From NCBI GenBank assembly GCA_040954595.2, contig CM082578.2, positions 1,160,831 to 1,224,830 on the forward strand: DNA of 64,000 nucleotides. The letters run 5' to 3'. Made by a program: the position numbers and the translations under genes. This DNA comes from Balanoglossus misakiensis (lineage: Eukaryota; Animalia; Hemichordata). The notes below the pieces were generated by a model. That model had not been told where the DNA came from and ran no database searches. It was given only the letters and a program-made list of their open reading frames with translations. Every line of letters starts with the position of its first letter. Position 1 is the first letter of the stretch. This document shows positions 12,247 to 24,700 of the stretch, piece by piece.

Positions 12247-14587
12247 TGTGGGTATGTTAACCTCTCATGTCCTACATTTTTAGAAATTTAGTATACAAAA
12301 CTGGATGACCGATTATGTTTTAGAGACCTTTCCCGAATCCACCTGAAGCCCAGTCGGAATGTCTTGGGATGTAACCTAAATTCAATATGGCCGCCTCCAT
12401 GCGTTCACTTGCATTTGAAAATACGTTGATTTTATCGTCGATTAGCGGTGTTTATTCTCAGTATCAATTTAAACGCGGCACTCGCTCACAAGTCATATTC
12501 TAGAAAGAAAGAAAAAATGATAGTTTCGAGTACAGATTACATGTATTTTAAAACGAGGTTTGGTAACAATGGTATCACTACTAAAAGACTTACAATCGAT
12601 GTTTTTAATTGTCTTTGCACCACAGTATGAATCCGGTGATGGTAAATCGCATTCAACTTAGAAGGCATGGAGAAAGCGCAACTGATGGTAACTGGGATGC
12701 CAAACTGAAACTTTTGGGAGAGAAAACCTTGCCATGTATGGACGTGGGTGTCACAGTTAAACTTGGGTTAAATACTACAGCGACAACCGAAGTCCCGTTG
12801 AGATATGATATGTGGTAGTGCATGTCCACATGAGTGCCGTGTACTAGCCTCTCTCTCTGTAAATCCATCCAGGCTACTGCTTTCTGTACATTGGAGAGAA
12901 ATGAGAACAAGATGGTTAAATCATATTTTGTATAAGTTGGTGTTGACGAAAATAAGATGCATGTGAATTGTAGGACTGAAATGTTTCTGTAATGAATACT
13001 AAATTAAAAGTTCACAACTTGCATGCAGATAGTAAGTGCTGGGGAAGTTGCACGGTGGAGATTGCTTTGGTTTAGTTAACTTACTCAATCTTTGTGACTG
13101 TTGCATTTCTTGATTGATAGAGTAGTGTACATGCATTGGCAGGTTTTCTAATATGGCCTCCTCTGTACCCAAGGTCTGGCATAAGGTGGGACACTGTAAG
13201 TATTTGCCGTCTGACACAGAAGATGCCACTTCTAGAAAAAAATAAAAAGGACAGAATGTGATTGGTAAGACACAGAGACGTGAACATGTACACAAAATGA
13301 TAGGAAATTGGTGGAAGCAAGTACTGCAGTTAATACTTACTCATCTATGTCTATTCCCTCAAATATCCCTTCTACCATATCATCACCATTTGGTTCTTTT
13401 AACACCTTAGGGAAAAATTGAGAGTTACATTAGAAGCACCGACAATAGGAGGGGGGTAAGGTTTGCAGAGAACAGGTTTTTTTATGAACATTTGTGAAAA
13501 TCAGAAATTAGTGACATGTAGGATTTCAATTTTATGATGTAACATTGTTTTCTTTTCAACATCAGTTCTCTGAGTAAAAAGATGGCCATGTAAATTTTCT
13601 CTAAGTTTGTTAGAGAAATAAAGTACATGTACAACTTTAGTGTTTCACTAATTGAGTTTCAGTGTTCTTGTATTGTCTCCTTTGCCCCATGTCAACCTCA
13701 AAGTAAATATCAAATTTGCCATTTTTGACTTATTTGTCCTTGTAGTGGGCCACATAGCATTTTAGTGCAACTTATGAAAATCTGAAGAACCAAATGCCTA
13801 CTTTACCCGCTCTGCACAGATTTATTTCAATGGTACTGACTTGATGATCGGTATAGCGCCCTCTGTGGTAGGGGGTGGGGGGTTAACCTAGCCTTTATAT
13901 GTTTATCCCTGTCCGGTTCCATTCCAATTGTATCTATGGTAACCTTATTATCAGCAGTAAATGCCACAATTGTAAAACAGCAATAATTTTAGTATCAAGC
14001 ACTCTGTGGAATTAAATATACCCTGTGTATTCTTTGTTTCCCATTAGTAATCATGCAACTTTGCCATTTTGGGCCTTCTGATTTGCTGTATGTGCTCACT
14101 AGTCCTTCCCAACGTCTCTGAATTAGAAGGCCATTGTCATTTGTATAGTGTAGACACATTTCATTTTAGTACAACTGATGAAAGTCTCGTGAAAAACCAA
14201 ATGCTTAATTTACCCACTGTGCAAAGATTATCTGAATGATATTGTGTTGATCGTCATATAGTATAGCGCCCTCTGCGATAGTATTTGGATGATTGTGCCA
14301 GGGAGAAGGGGGTACTGAGGGAGCAGATGCAGATGACAGCAAGGCATATCCACTGAACAATGAGACGGTACGTGTTGTCAGCATTCAGGGAGAGTAAAAA
14401 GGGGAGCGCAAGAGACCAGGATGAAGAGACGAGCAGTATGGCATCATCTGTGGAAAAAAATGCCAAGAGAAGGTAAGTGTGGAAGACAAGCACTTAGGGG
14501 TTATAAACAAATGTTTTTTTGTGGACAGTTTTAGTATCAAGCATTGTGGAATTAAATATACACAGTGTGTGTTGTGTGTTAGATAGG

Positions 14588-14896
14588 TACATACATACAT
14601 ACATACATACATACATACATACATACATACATACATACATACATACATACATACATACATACATACATACATACATACATACATACATACATGCATGCAT
14701 ACATAGATACATACATACATACATACATACATACATACATACATACATACATACATACATACATACATACATACATACATACATACATACATACATACAT
14801 ACATACATACATACATACATACATACATGCATGCATGCATGCATACATACATACATACATACATACATACATACATACATACATACATACATACAT
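14588..14896. repeat. (TACA)n microsatellite
   Basis: Directly visible, with occasional TGCA variants. Confidence 0.97.
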
Positions 14897-14930
14897 GGAA
14901 AACACACAGCAAATGGACTCCTTTTTTATC

Positions 14931-15003
14931 ATCCTCACCAGGAATCGAACCAGGATCCCTTATCACAAAGTGACAAGTGTGTTAACCATTACACCATGAG
15001 GAT
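14931..15003 (-). pseudogene. tRNA-Gln-like pseudogene or SINE-type head
   Basis: Reverse complement tcctcatggtgtaatggttaacac...actttg...gatcctggttcgattcctggtgagga: acceptor stem tcctca/tgagga, A box, B box, 5' half resembles eukaryotic tRNA-Gln; anticodon arm irregular. Confidence 0.55.
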
Positions 15004-15215
15004 TGTTTTATCTCCACTAACTGCCAACACACTGTCCAATTGCACATTCACTCACTGACATATTCAACACACCAGTTTTTTTATTTCAATAAAAATTCAC
15101 AAATGCATGTGAGAAATAACAGAGAGTCAGAAATTGGCATCCACAGGAGTTACTGCATTGCTATATGGTATTATAGAGCAGCCAATGCATTCTAACACTT
15201 TTATTAGCTTATTAA

Positions 15216-15517
15216 AGGCAGAAAGTCTCTTTGCTGCCCTTTTTTAATAATTATGTGTGATACAAGAGACTGTTAATGTGGATATATAGTGAATCAACGT
15301 TCGACCACACACAGCTTCCATCCCGTTTGTAGGATATGACAGTAAAAACTCGCCCAAAATGAATAAATGGTAAATACCAATTATTCATTTTGGCAAGATT
15401 TTTCACCTCGTGTCTACAAGCAGTGTGTGTTGTTGAATGTTGATTCACTATATATCCACATGTACATTAACATAAATGGTGTCTTGCATCAAACATAATT
15501 AATGGAAAAGGGTCCCT
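15216..15517. mobile_element. Foldback MITE, Kolobok-like (AGG...CCT, TTAA TSD)
   Basis: ttaa|aggc...ccct|ttaa; long imperfect arms (gtggatatatagtgaatcaac / gttgattcactatatatccac). Confidence 0.7.
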
Positions 15518-16769
15518 TTAATTTATATACTTATCAAATTGTAAGCTAACCAATATGGTTAGAAGTCCGATTTGCTTGGACGTGAACCAATATGATCTAT
15601 CAAAATTTTCTGGTAAAAGTTTGAGTAACTATAACGTGTGCTTTCACCTTTTTTCATCATGTTGCTTGGGCCCTGACAATGCTGCTTTATAGCTACTACA
15701 GGATTAGATTACTTCCATTTGGCAGTAGCATATAAGTGTAATGGTGTAGAAAGTTTATCCTGTTTACTGAAAGAGGAATTGCAAGAGAAACCATGTGTTA
15801 TAAAAAAAAACTAGAAGATATTAAATAGCCTTAGTAAACATTTCCCAGAAACATTTCAATGAACAGTTACCATAATGTACTTTACATTAGAGTCAGAGGT
15901 GACTAAAAGGCTAATATTGTCATTTGTGAAATGTACACAATTGTATTTATATTGTCGGTGAACTGTTTAGCTGTGTTGTCAGTTATGTTGAGCTTATTAG
16001 ATTGGGTGATTGTCTTATTGGGTGAGTGGTGTCACTGTCTGTCACTTTTCTTTACTGAAACCACGGGGCCAATTACTTTGAAATTTAGTATGCAGGTTCC
16101 TAGGGTGAAGTTGGTAGAGTTTATGTAAATTGTGGTGAAATGTGTAATTTTTGATCAATTTTAGTTGTGTTTAGTTAAATTCTTTGTACAATTACTTTGA
16201 AATTTAGTGTGTAGGTCCTTGGGGTTGATTTTACTGGAATTTGCTCAATTTGTGACAGAATGTGGAATATGTTATTTCGGAAGCAATTGCTTGTTTGGTC
16301 TTTTTTATTTCATAAACCAGATACTGTGATTGTTTTTTCTGTTCTTTTTTGTATGTGTGTCTATTTTCACAATTGAAATAAATTAATATAAGGCTATATA
16401 AAATAAATTGGAGTTTTATGCTTTTTGTGTAAGTATGAATGTATGTATGTGTGTAAGAAGATTGATATTGTTTGTATGGTTGATATCAGATATCATATGT
16501 CTTATAGTGAGAAAGAAACCACTACACAATCCCTAGTAGTATTTGTGGTAATATATCTGTTTTGAGAATATAGCCCATTAGTATATTGTAGTCTTTGTAC
16601 AACTTTTCTTCAAAATGTGTTATATGAACAAATAAAATATGGCAAGAAGATGAATTGTTTCGAAGAATGAATCATAATAAACAGTAGAATTTGGTCAATT
16701 TTTGTTCAGGCATAAAGAAATAGCTTGTACATGAGCTTGCACGACGGTATTTGGTCAATACAGGGCGCA

Positions 16770-16925
16770 TGCATGTATGTATGTATGTATGTATGTATGT
16801 ATGTATGTATGTATGTATGTATGTATGTATGTATGTATGTATGTATGTATGTATGCATGCATGCATGCATGCATGCATGTATGTATGTATGTATGTATGT
16901 ATGTATGTATGTATGTATGTATGTA
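16770..16925. repeat. (TATG)n microsatellite
   Basis: Directly visible. Confidence 0.97.
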
Positions 16926-17487
16926 GTCATTTTCTATGTATATATAAAATCTATGTTAAATATAAAAAGTATTTTAGAACAATTTACATTGCTGCTTGGT
17001 ATGATATAAAAACAATTTAACAATTTATTGCTACACCATGGGGTATTCACTTCTGTGTGTACATTTGTTTGTGTGATCATATGGTATGCAATATTGAGTA
17101 AATGTACATAATTCACCTGCTTTTAATACTGTGTGGTATAGCGTATATATTGGATTTTGTAAAAAGAAACATGAAATAGTGTATTTTGAACAACTTATTG
17201 TACTGGATGATTTTTTATTACAGTAAAGATATTTGCCTGCATTATGAGAGTAATAGAAATAATTTAAATTGTACTTTTTATTCTGAAATAAGTTTCTTGA
17301 TGTTTGGTATTCCATGTAAATAGCCAATTTTGAGTCAAGATAGTTATTTAATAACATGATTTGAAATTGTCATTTGTATTATCAAGCATGGTTTCAATCA
17401 AATAATTACGTATTTTCATTTTGTGTTGACTTAATATTCAAAACTGGACCTGTTGTTTGACTTATTGAAACACGGTGAACTGTATAG

Positions 17488-18110
17488 GGCCACATACACA
17501 CCATTAAGACGGTTCTGAAGCGTCTCAGATCAGAATCCATCTTAAAAAATCAGGTGTGGACAGTGTTTAGTGGTTCTGAAATTGCTTAGATTTGAGACAG
17601 CATTTGCCGGTCAGACCTGAGCCGGTGTAAGGATTAACACCTCTCCGTAACCCATTGTCCATGGGACTAAGCCTCAGCGCCCTTACTTATGGTGGGTTCA
17701 CATCTGGGCCCATGGCCGGGCAAAATGTGTCACTGATGATTGTGACAAGACAAGCTAATCTTTAGTCCCTGTTCACATTGTGTTTGGCACAGTCCTGGCC
17801 AGTGGTGTCTCACCAACCTTTCACCTTATAAAGCAGAACCAAGTTGGTCCCCGTATGGTTGTTCATACGATTTTCAACATTGTCAAACGATAGACTACAC
17901 TATTATGTCAATCTGGGACCAGATTCGGACAAAACGTGTCCACACACACCGTAGTGGGACCAGAGTCAGACCAGAGTAGGATACAAACCAACTCATTCAA
18001 CTGGGACAAAAATTGTCCGGACAAAGGTCGGCCAGACCCGTTCTGAGTATTGTGAACAGCCTAATAAACTGTGTGTGTGTGCAGCGACTTAAAGGATTAA
18101 TGCTCTGTGT
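17488..18110. repeat. Harbinger-like MITE fragment with a second MITE (~17691-18061) inside
   Basis: Inverted copy of 4560-4808, interrupted by a segment bounded by ggtgggttcaca / tgtgaacagcc. Confidence 0.5.
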
Positions 18111-21100
18111 TTACCAGTACAGTACTGTACTGGTGAACTATGCTTGTATATCAACATACAAGATTGAACATTCACATAAATAATTTATGATGTCCACCCA
18201 GTTTTCCACTGTGTGCTAAACTTTTATCCATGTATTTGAATAGATAGCCAGTGTTGCAAACTATTTAGACTACATGGATCTTGGCATGAGATCTCAGAGT
18301 GTAGTAATCTTTCATGTATAACTGCCATGTACAATGCCATGGCAATGTTATTTGTCAAAAGGAAACATACTTTGGTACAGGTATTTATTTCGTATCACAC
18401 ACAAAATCACAACTTTACTTACAGCAAAGGGGTATTTACTGACCCCTTTTTAGGTTATGTACTGACAGCATATTGCACAGTCAGTGACTTAATGCAGGTA
18501 CTCTCTGTATTCTTGAATGATATCAAAAAGGGCAAACAAAAGCTACTTTGTACCTTTAACAAATGATCTGCAATTAAGGCTTGTACACAATCAAGTTGTC
18601 AGATTACGTTTAATGACTATTTCTGTCAATGCTATGTCCCGATTGATTTTCTAAAATTGTGCACAACAAGAAATGTCTTAAAGGATATGCTGAACTGTAT
18701 TTTAAAATTCAAGTAGACTTTTGTCAAGGTCAGATTTGTTTTGTTGTATACTAGATATGTCCTCATAATACATATATGTTCTTAAGTATTTGTCATGTTA
18801 AATATGCACTGTATCGAATGGATGTTCAAACAATTTAGAAAGATGCTAACTTAATTTCACTAATCCTCTTTTTCAGAAATTAAATGGTGTCTGAACTTAT
18901 TATTTAGTTATTATTATTAGTTATTATTATACTTGGCCATTGTCAACTGGATATAATTGCTTAAAACTGTGAACAATTGTAATCTGTGTTTGTTTAGTTT
19001 CTTGCAATAACAAAAACAAACCTCAACTGATGTCAACCATTTGTTTGTTGTGCTTCAGATAAACCTGTAAGTTGAATCATTGCTTTTTAACATAAGCCTT
19101 TTACTGTAGTCATCTCTTTATTTTAGCCTACATTATAGGTCGCTGACCACTTAAAACAAAATGTCCACGTCTGACTTTCGTGTCTCTCTGTACTCTGTAC
19201 AATCTATCTGGTTTGGTAGATTTTCCGGATACCAAGATAAAGAAAACTTGAAGGTCTAATACACAAATATTTCTCAAATAATGGTGTCACATACTAGTAA
19301 ACACGTAAGCCCTCTTATTTTTAAGGATACTATTTGTTGTAGGCAAAATAAGGAGGTGAAGTATAAGAACGCATTAAGTGTTTCAACATATCACAATAAT
19401 GAAAACTAAAAGGTCATCCCAAGGTTACCCAAAAATTTGTCAAAAATTTGGTCCCATACTGGTCCCAGCTTTCCTTCTGCCACTATTGGTCAGCGTAAAA
19501 TTTAAGGTGTCCGACAACATGAGTTGTTTCATCCCTACAAATGCTAAAGCCGTATCTGCCCTGGATGCCGAGATTTGTAAAATTAGGTCAAAGTTCACAA
19601 AAAAATTGCTCCAAAATATTTTGATGCCATACTGGTCCATGCCCAACTGAAATGGAACTGCTAGCTGTGTTGGTTAGCCTGGAATTAGGTATGTGCATAA
19701 TTAATGAGGTTAAGAAGGTGTCACAGATTACCCCAAAATTTAGCTTTTCATTTTTGTCCCATCCCTCAAAAAACAAAGGGTGTAACTCCTGTAAAGGTCA
19801 GGTCAGGTCACCCTAAATTTGGGCAAAAGATTGTGACCCCATATTGGTCCATGTTCAATAAAAACCAGACCTCTATTCCATTTGGTAGGCCTGGAATCAG
19901 GTATGCACGTAATTAATGAGTCAAGCAGGTGTCATAGGTGACCCCAAAATTTGCCTTTTAATTTTGATCCCATCCCTCGAAAGGACAAGGCTGTAGCCAC
20001 TGTTTGTGCCGAGATATGGTAAAGTAGGTTAAAAGTCACCTCAGTTCATCCAAAATTTGGGCAAAAACTTTTGACTTCAACAAAAACACACCTCTAGCCC
20101 TATTGGTTCGCTTGGAATTATATATTAGCATAATTAATGGGGTAAAGTGAGAGATTCGGTGAGGTGTTCCATCCCTCCAAATGCTAAGCCTGTGCCTGCA
20201 GTGGATGCCAAGATATGAGAAAGTAGGTAAAAGGTCACCTGGGGTCACACAAAATTCTTGCAAAAAAGTTTGACCCCATACTGGTCCATGTCCAACAAAA
20301 ACAAAAACTCTAGATCTATTAGTTCGTCTGTAATTAGGTATGCGCATACTTAATGAGTTAAGCAGGTGTCACAGGTGACCCAAAATTTTGGCTTTTCATT
20401 ATGGCCCATACCTCTGAACGCCAAGGCTGTATCTGCTCTGGATGCTGAGATATGCGAAAGTAGGTCAAAGGTCGCCAAAGGTCACCCAACATTTGGGCAA
20501 AAAAATTTGATCCCATACTGGTCCATGTCCAACAAAAACCAAACTTCTAGCACTATTAGTTCGCCTGTAATTAGCTATGCACATAATTAATGAGGTCAGC
20601 AGAGGTCAAAGGGGTCATGAAAAGTAGCAAAATATTTTGATCCAACACTCATCCACATGCATCAAAAACCAAACGTCTAGCCCTATATGTTAGCCTGGAA
20701 CTAGATATGCAGATATAATAACGTGTGAAAAGTAGGTCAAAGGTCATGTGAAAAATCACCAAAAATTTGTAACATATTTTAGTCATATGACGATAGATAT
20801 CCATAAAAATAATTTGTATGCTATCAGTTTTTTGACTAGGAAAAGGAATTTCAATTTTTCATTGCTTTTTACAAAATCCAATATGGCCGCCATAATCTTC
20901 GACCAATCACAATGCTCTTTGCAAACTTGATAGACATCAGTTTAGTGACCATACTCCCCGAATCTTGCGACTCAGTTATCGCTCGTTCTGGAGAAGAAGA
21001 TTTTTGGAGTTTTACTATGGTTTTTCGAAAATCCAATATGGCCGCCATAATCTTCGACTAATCACAATGATCTTCGCAAACTTGATAGACATCAGTAAGG

Positions 21101-21503
21101 TGACCACATACCCCAATCCGCGTGACTCGGTCATCGCTGGTTCTGGAGAAGAAGATTTTTGAAATTTTGACCAGATTTCAGAAAAACAACTGTAGCAAAA
21201 AAACTGCAACATTGATAGCAAAATATCCAATTACAAAAATGATGGGCAGAAGGTACACTACCAGCACGCCAAATCTGAAGTCAATCTGACTTGTAGTTTC
21301 TGAGATCTGAGATTTGCATTTTTTCAGAAAATCCAATATGGCCGCCATGTAACGTGACTAATTAAGTATTCACAAGTCACTGCACATCTACTCATTGACC
21401 TTGACCACTGTAGCAAGTTTGAGAACTGTACCTGCAGCGGTGTCTGAGATCTAGAGCGATAAAGAATGGAACCAAGAATAAAGAAAGAAAGAAAGAAAGA
21501 CAG

Positions 21504-21794
21504 AAAAACCCCAGCGAAACCAATACGGGCCCAAGCCTGGCTTGGTTTGGGCCCGTAAAAAACCCCAACGAAACCAATACGGGCCCAAGCCTGGCTTGGC
21601 TTGGGCCCGTAAAAACCCCAACGAAACCAATAGGGCCCAAGCGCTGCTATGCGCTTGGGCCCTAAAGAAAGAAAGACAGCAAGAAAGAAAAATTCCAATG
21701 AAACCAATAGGGCCCAAGCGCTTGCTTGCGCTTGGGCCCTAAAAAACCCCAACGAAACCAATAGGGCCCAAGCGCTGGTATGCGCTTGGGCCCT
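21504..21794 (-). repeat. Stack of 5 HINE 5' hairpin heads (~53 bp each)
   Basis: aaaaa(cc/tt)ccaacgaaaccaata(c)gggcccaagc-loop-gcttgggccc(g)t x5, with a microsatellite remnant between heads 3 and 4. Confidence 0.9.
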
Positions 21795-24700
21795 AATTAA
21801 AGCTGCAAGCAGCATTGTCCGGGCCCAAGCTCTATTATCTGATCTGATTATAAGATATGCACATAATTAATGAGTAGAAACATAATGCTGTGTTTTATCC
21901 CATGAAATATCAAGGTTATATCTGTTTGGTGCTGATATAGTGTTAAGTAGGTCAAAGGTCACCCAGGGGTCACCCAAAATTTTGGCAGAACATTTTAACC
22001 CATAGTGGTCCATGTCCAACAAAAGCCAGACCTCTAGCCCTTTTGGTTAGCCCGGAATTAGGTATGCACATAAATAATGAGTAAAGCAGGTGTCACAGGT
22101 GACCCAAAACTTTGGCTTTTAATTATGGCCCTATGCCTCCAAACGCCAAGGCTGTATCTGCTGTGGATGTCGAGATATGCAAAAGTAGGTCAAAGGTCAC
22201 CCGAGGTCACCCAACATTCGGGCAAAATATTTTGACCCCATACTTGTCCATGTCCAACAAAAACCAAACCTCTAGCTCTATTGGTTCGCCCGTAATTAGC
22301 TATGCACATAATTAATGAGGTCAGCTGAGGTCAAAGGGGTCATGGAAAGTAGCAAAATATTTTGATCACACACTAATCCACATGCATCAAAAACCAAATG
22401 TCTAGCCCTATTGGTTAGCCTGTAATTAGATATGCAGAAAAATGATGCATCAAAAGTAGGTCAAAGGTCATTGCCAAAATTACCAAAATATTTAAAGCTA
22501 ATTCTTGTCATATGATGATTCATATCCATAAAAAGAATTTCTGTGCTATCAATTTTTAGGCTAGAAAGGGAATTTTTACTTTTTAATCGTTTTTCACAAA
22601 ATCCAATATGGCCGCCATAATCTTCGACCAATCACATTCCTCTTCGCAAACTTGATAGACATATGTTTAATGACCACACACACCAAATCTTGTGACTCAG
22701 TTATCGCCGGTTCTTGAGAAGAAGATTTTTGAAATTTTACTAGGGTTTTTCGAAAATCCAATATGGCCGCCTTAATCTTCGACAAATCACAATGATCTTC
22801 GCAAACTTGATAGACCTCAGTTTGGTGACCACATACCCCAAACCGCGTGACTCGGTTATCGCCGGTTCTGGAGAAGAAGATTTTTGAAATTTTGACCAGA
22901 TTTCAGAAAAACAACTGTAGCAAAAAATCTGCAACATTGATAGCAAAATATCCAATTACAAAAATGATGGGCAGAAGGTACACTACCAGCACACCAAATC
23001 TGAAGTAAATCTGACTTGTAGTTTCTGAGATCTGAGATTTGCATTTTTTCAGAAAATCCAATATGGCCGCCATGTCACGTGACTAATTAAAAATTCAAGA
23101 GTTCAATGCACGACTACCCATTGACCTTGACCACTGTAGCAAGTTTGAGAAGTGTACCTGCAGCGGTGTCTGAGATCTAGAGCGACAAAGAAATGACACA
23201 AGAATAAAGAAAGAAAGAAAGAAAGATTAAAGCTGCAAGCAGCATTGTCCGGGCCCAAGCTCTATTATCTGATCTGATTATTAGATATGCACATAATTAA
23301 TGAGTAGAAACATAATGCTGTGTTTTATCCCATGAAATATCAAGTTTATATCTATGTTTGGTGTTGATATAGTGTTAAGTAGGTCAAATGTCACCCAGAG
23401 GTAACCCACAATTTGGGCAGAAAATTTTGACCCATAGTGGTCCAAGTCCAACAAAAACCAGATCTCTAGCCCTTTTGGTTAGCCCGGAATTAGGTATGCA
23501 CATAAATAATGAGTTAAGCAGGTGTCACAGGTGACCAAAAACTTTGGCTTTTCATTATGGCCCCATACCTCCAAACGCCAAGGCTGTATCTGCTGTGGAT
23601 GTCAAGATATGCAAAAGTAGGTCAAAGGTCACCCGAGGTCACCCAACATTTGGGCAAAATATTTTGACCCCATATTGGTCCATGTATAACAAAAACAAAA
23701 TCTCTATGTCTATTGGTTCATCTGTAATTAGGTATGTGCATATTTAATGAGGTCAGCAGAGGTCAAAGGGGTCATGAAAAGTATCAAATTTTTTTGATCA
23801 CATACAAATCCACATACATCAAAAACCAAACTTATAGCCCTATTGGTTAGCCTGGAATTAGATATGCAGAAAAATGATGCGTCAAAAGTAGGTCAAAGGT
23901 CATTGTCAAAATTACCAAAATATTTACAGCTTATTCTTGTCATATGATGATTCATATCCTTGAAAAGAATTTCTGTGCTATCAATTTTTAGGCAAGAAAG
24001 GGAATTTTTACTTTTTAATCGTTTTTCACAACATCCAATATGGCCGCCATAATCTTCGACCAATCACATTCCTCTTCGCAAACTTGATAGACATCTGTTT
24101 AATGACCACACACACCAAATCTTGTGACTCAGTTATTGCCGGTTCTTGAGAAGAAGATTTTTGAAATTTTACTAGGGTTTTTCGAAAATCCAATATGGCC
24201 GCCAAAATCTTCGACCAATCACAATGATCTTCGCAAACTTGATAGACATCAGGTAGGTGACCACATACACCAAACCCTGTGTCTCGGTTATTGCCGGTTC
24301 TGGAGAAGAAGATTTTTGAAATTTAAGCCAGATTTCAGAAAAAAAATTGTAGCAAAAAACTGCAACTTTGTCAGCATAATTTCCAATTACAAAAATGATG
24401 GGCAGAAGGTAGTCTACCAGCATGCCAAATTTGAAGTCGATCTGACTTGTAGTTTCTGAGATCTGAGATTTGCATTTTTTTAGAAAATCCAAGATGGCTG
24501 CCAGGTCACGTGACTTATTAAAAATTCAAGGGTTCAATGCACGACTACTCATTGACCTTGACCACTGTAGCAAGTTTCAGAAGTGTACCTGCAGCGGTGT
24601 CTGAGATCTCGTGGGTCAAAGAATTGACACAAGAATAAAGAAAGAAAGAAAGAAAGAAAGTAAAATTCCAACGAAACCAATACGGGCCCAAGCCTGGCTT

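Noticed and set aside
14931-15003. Functional tRNA gene
   Set aside because: Irregular anticodon arm and T-stem mismatches, no oligo-T terminator directly downstream; kept only as a pseudogene or SINE-like head
15980-16300. Old plus-strand HINE-like remnant with ~120-bp repeats (aattactttgaaatttagt at 16071 and 16191)
   Set aside because: Too degenerate to define ends or family
14385-17020. MYVC/HTYI-repeat ORFs
   Set aside because: Translations of (TACA)n/(TATG)n microsatellites
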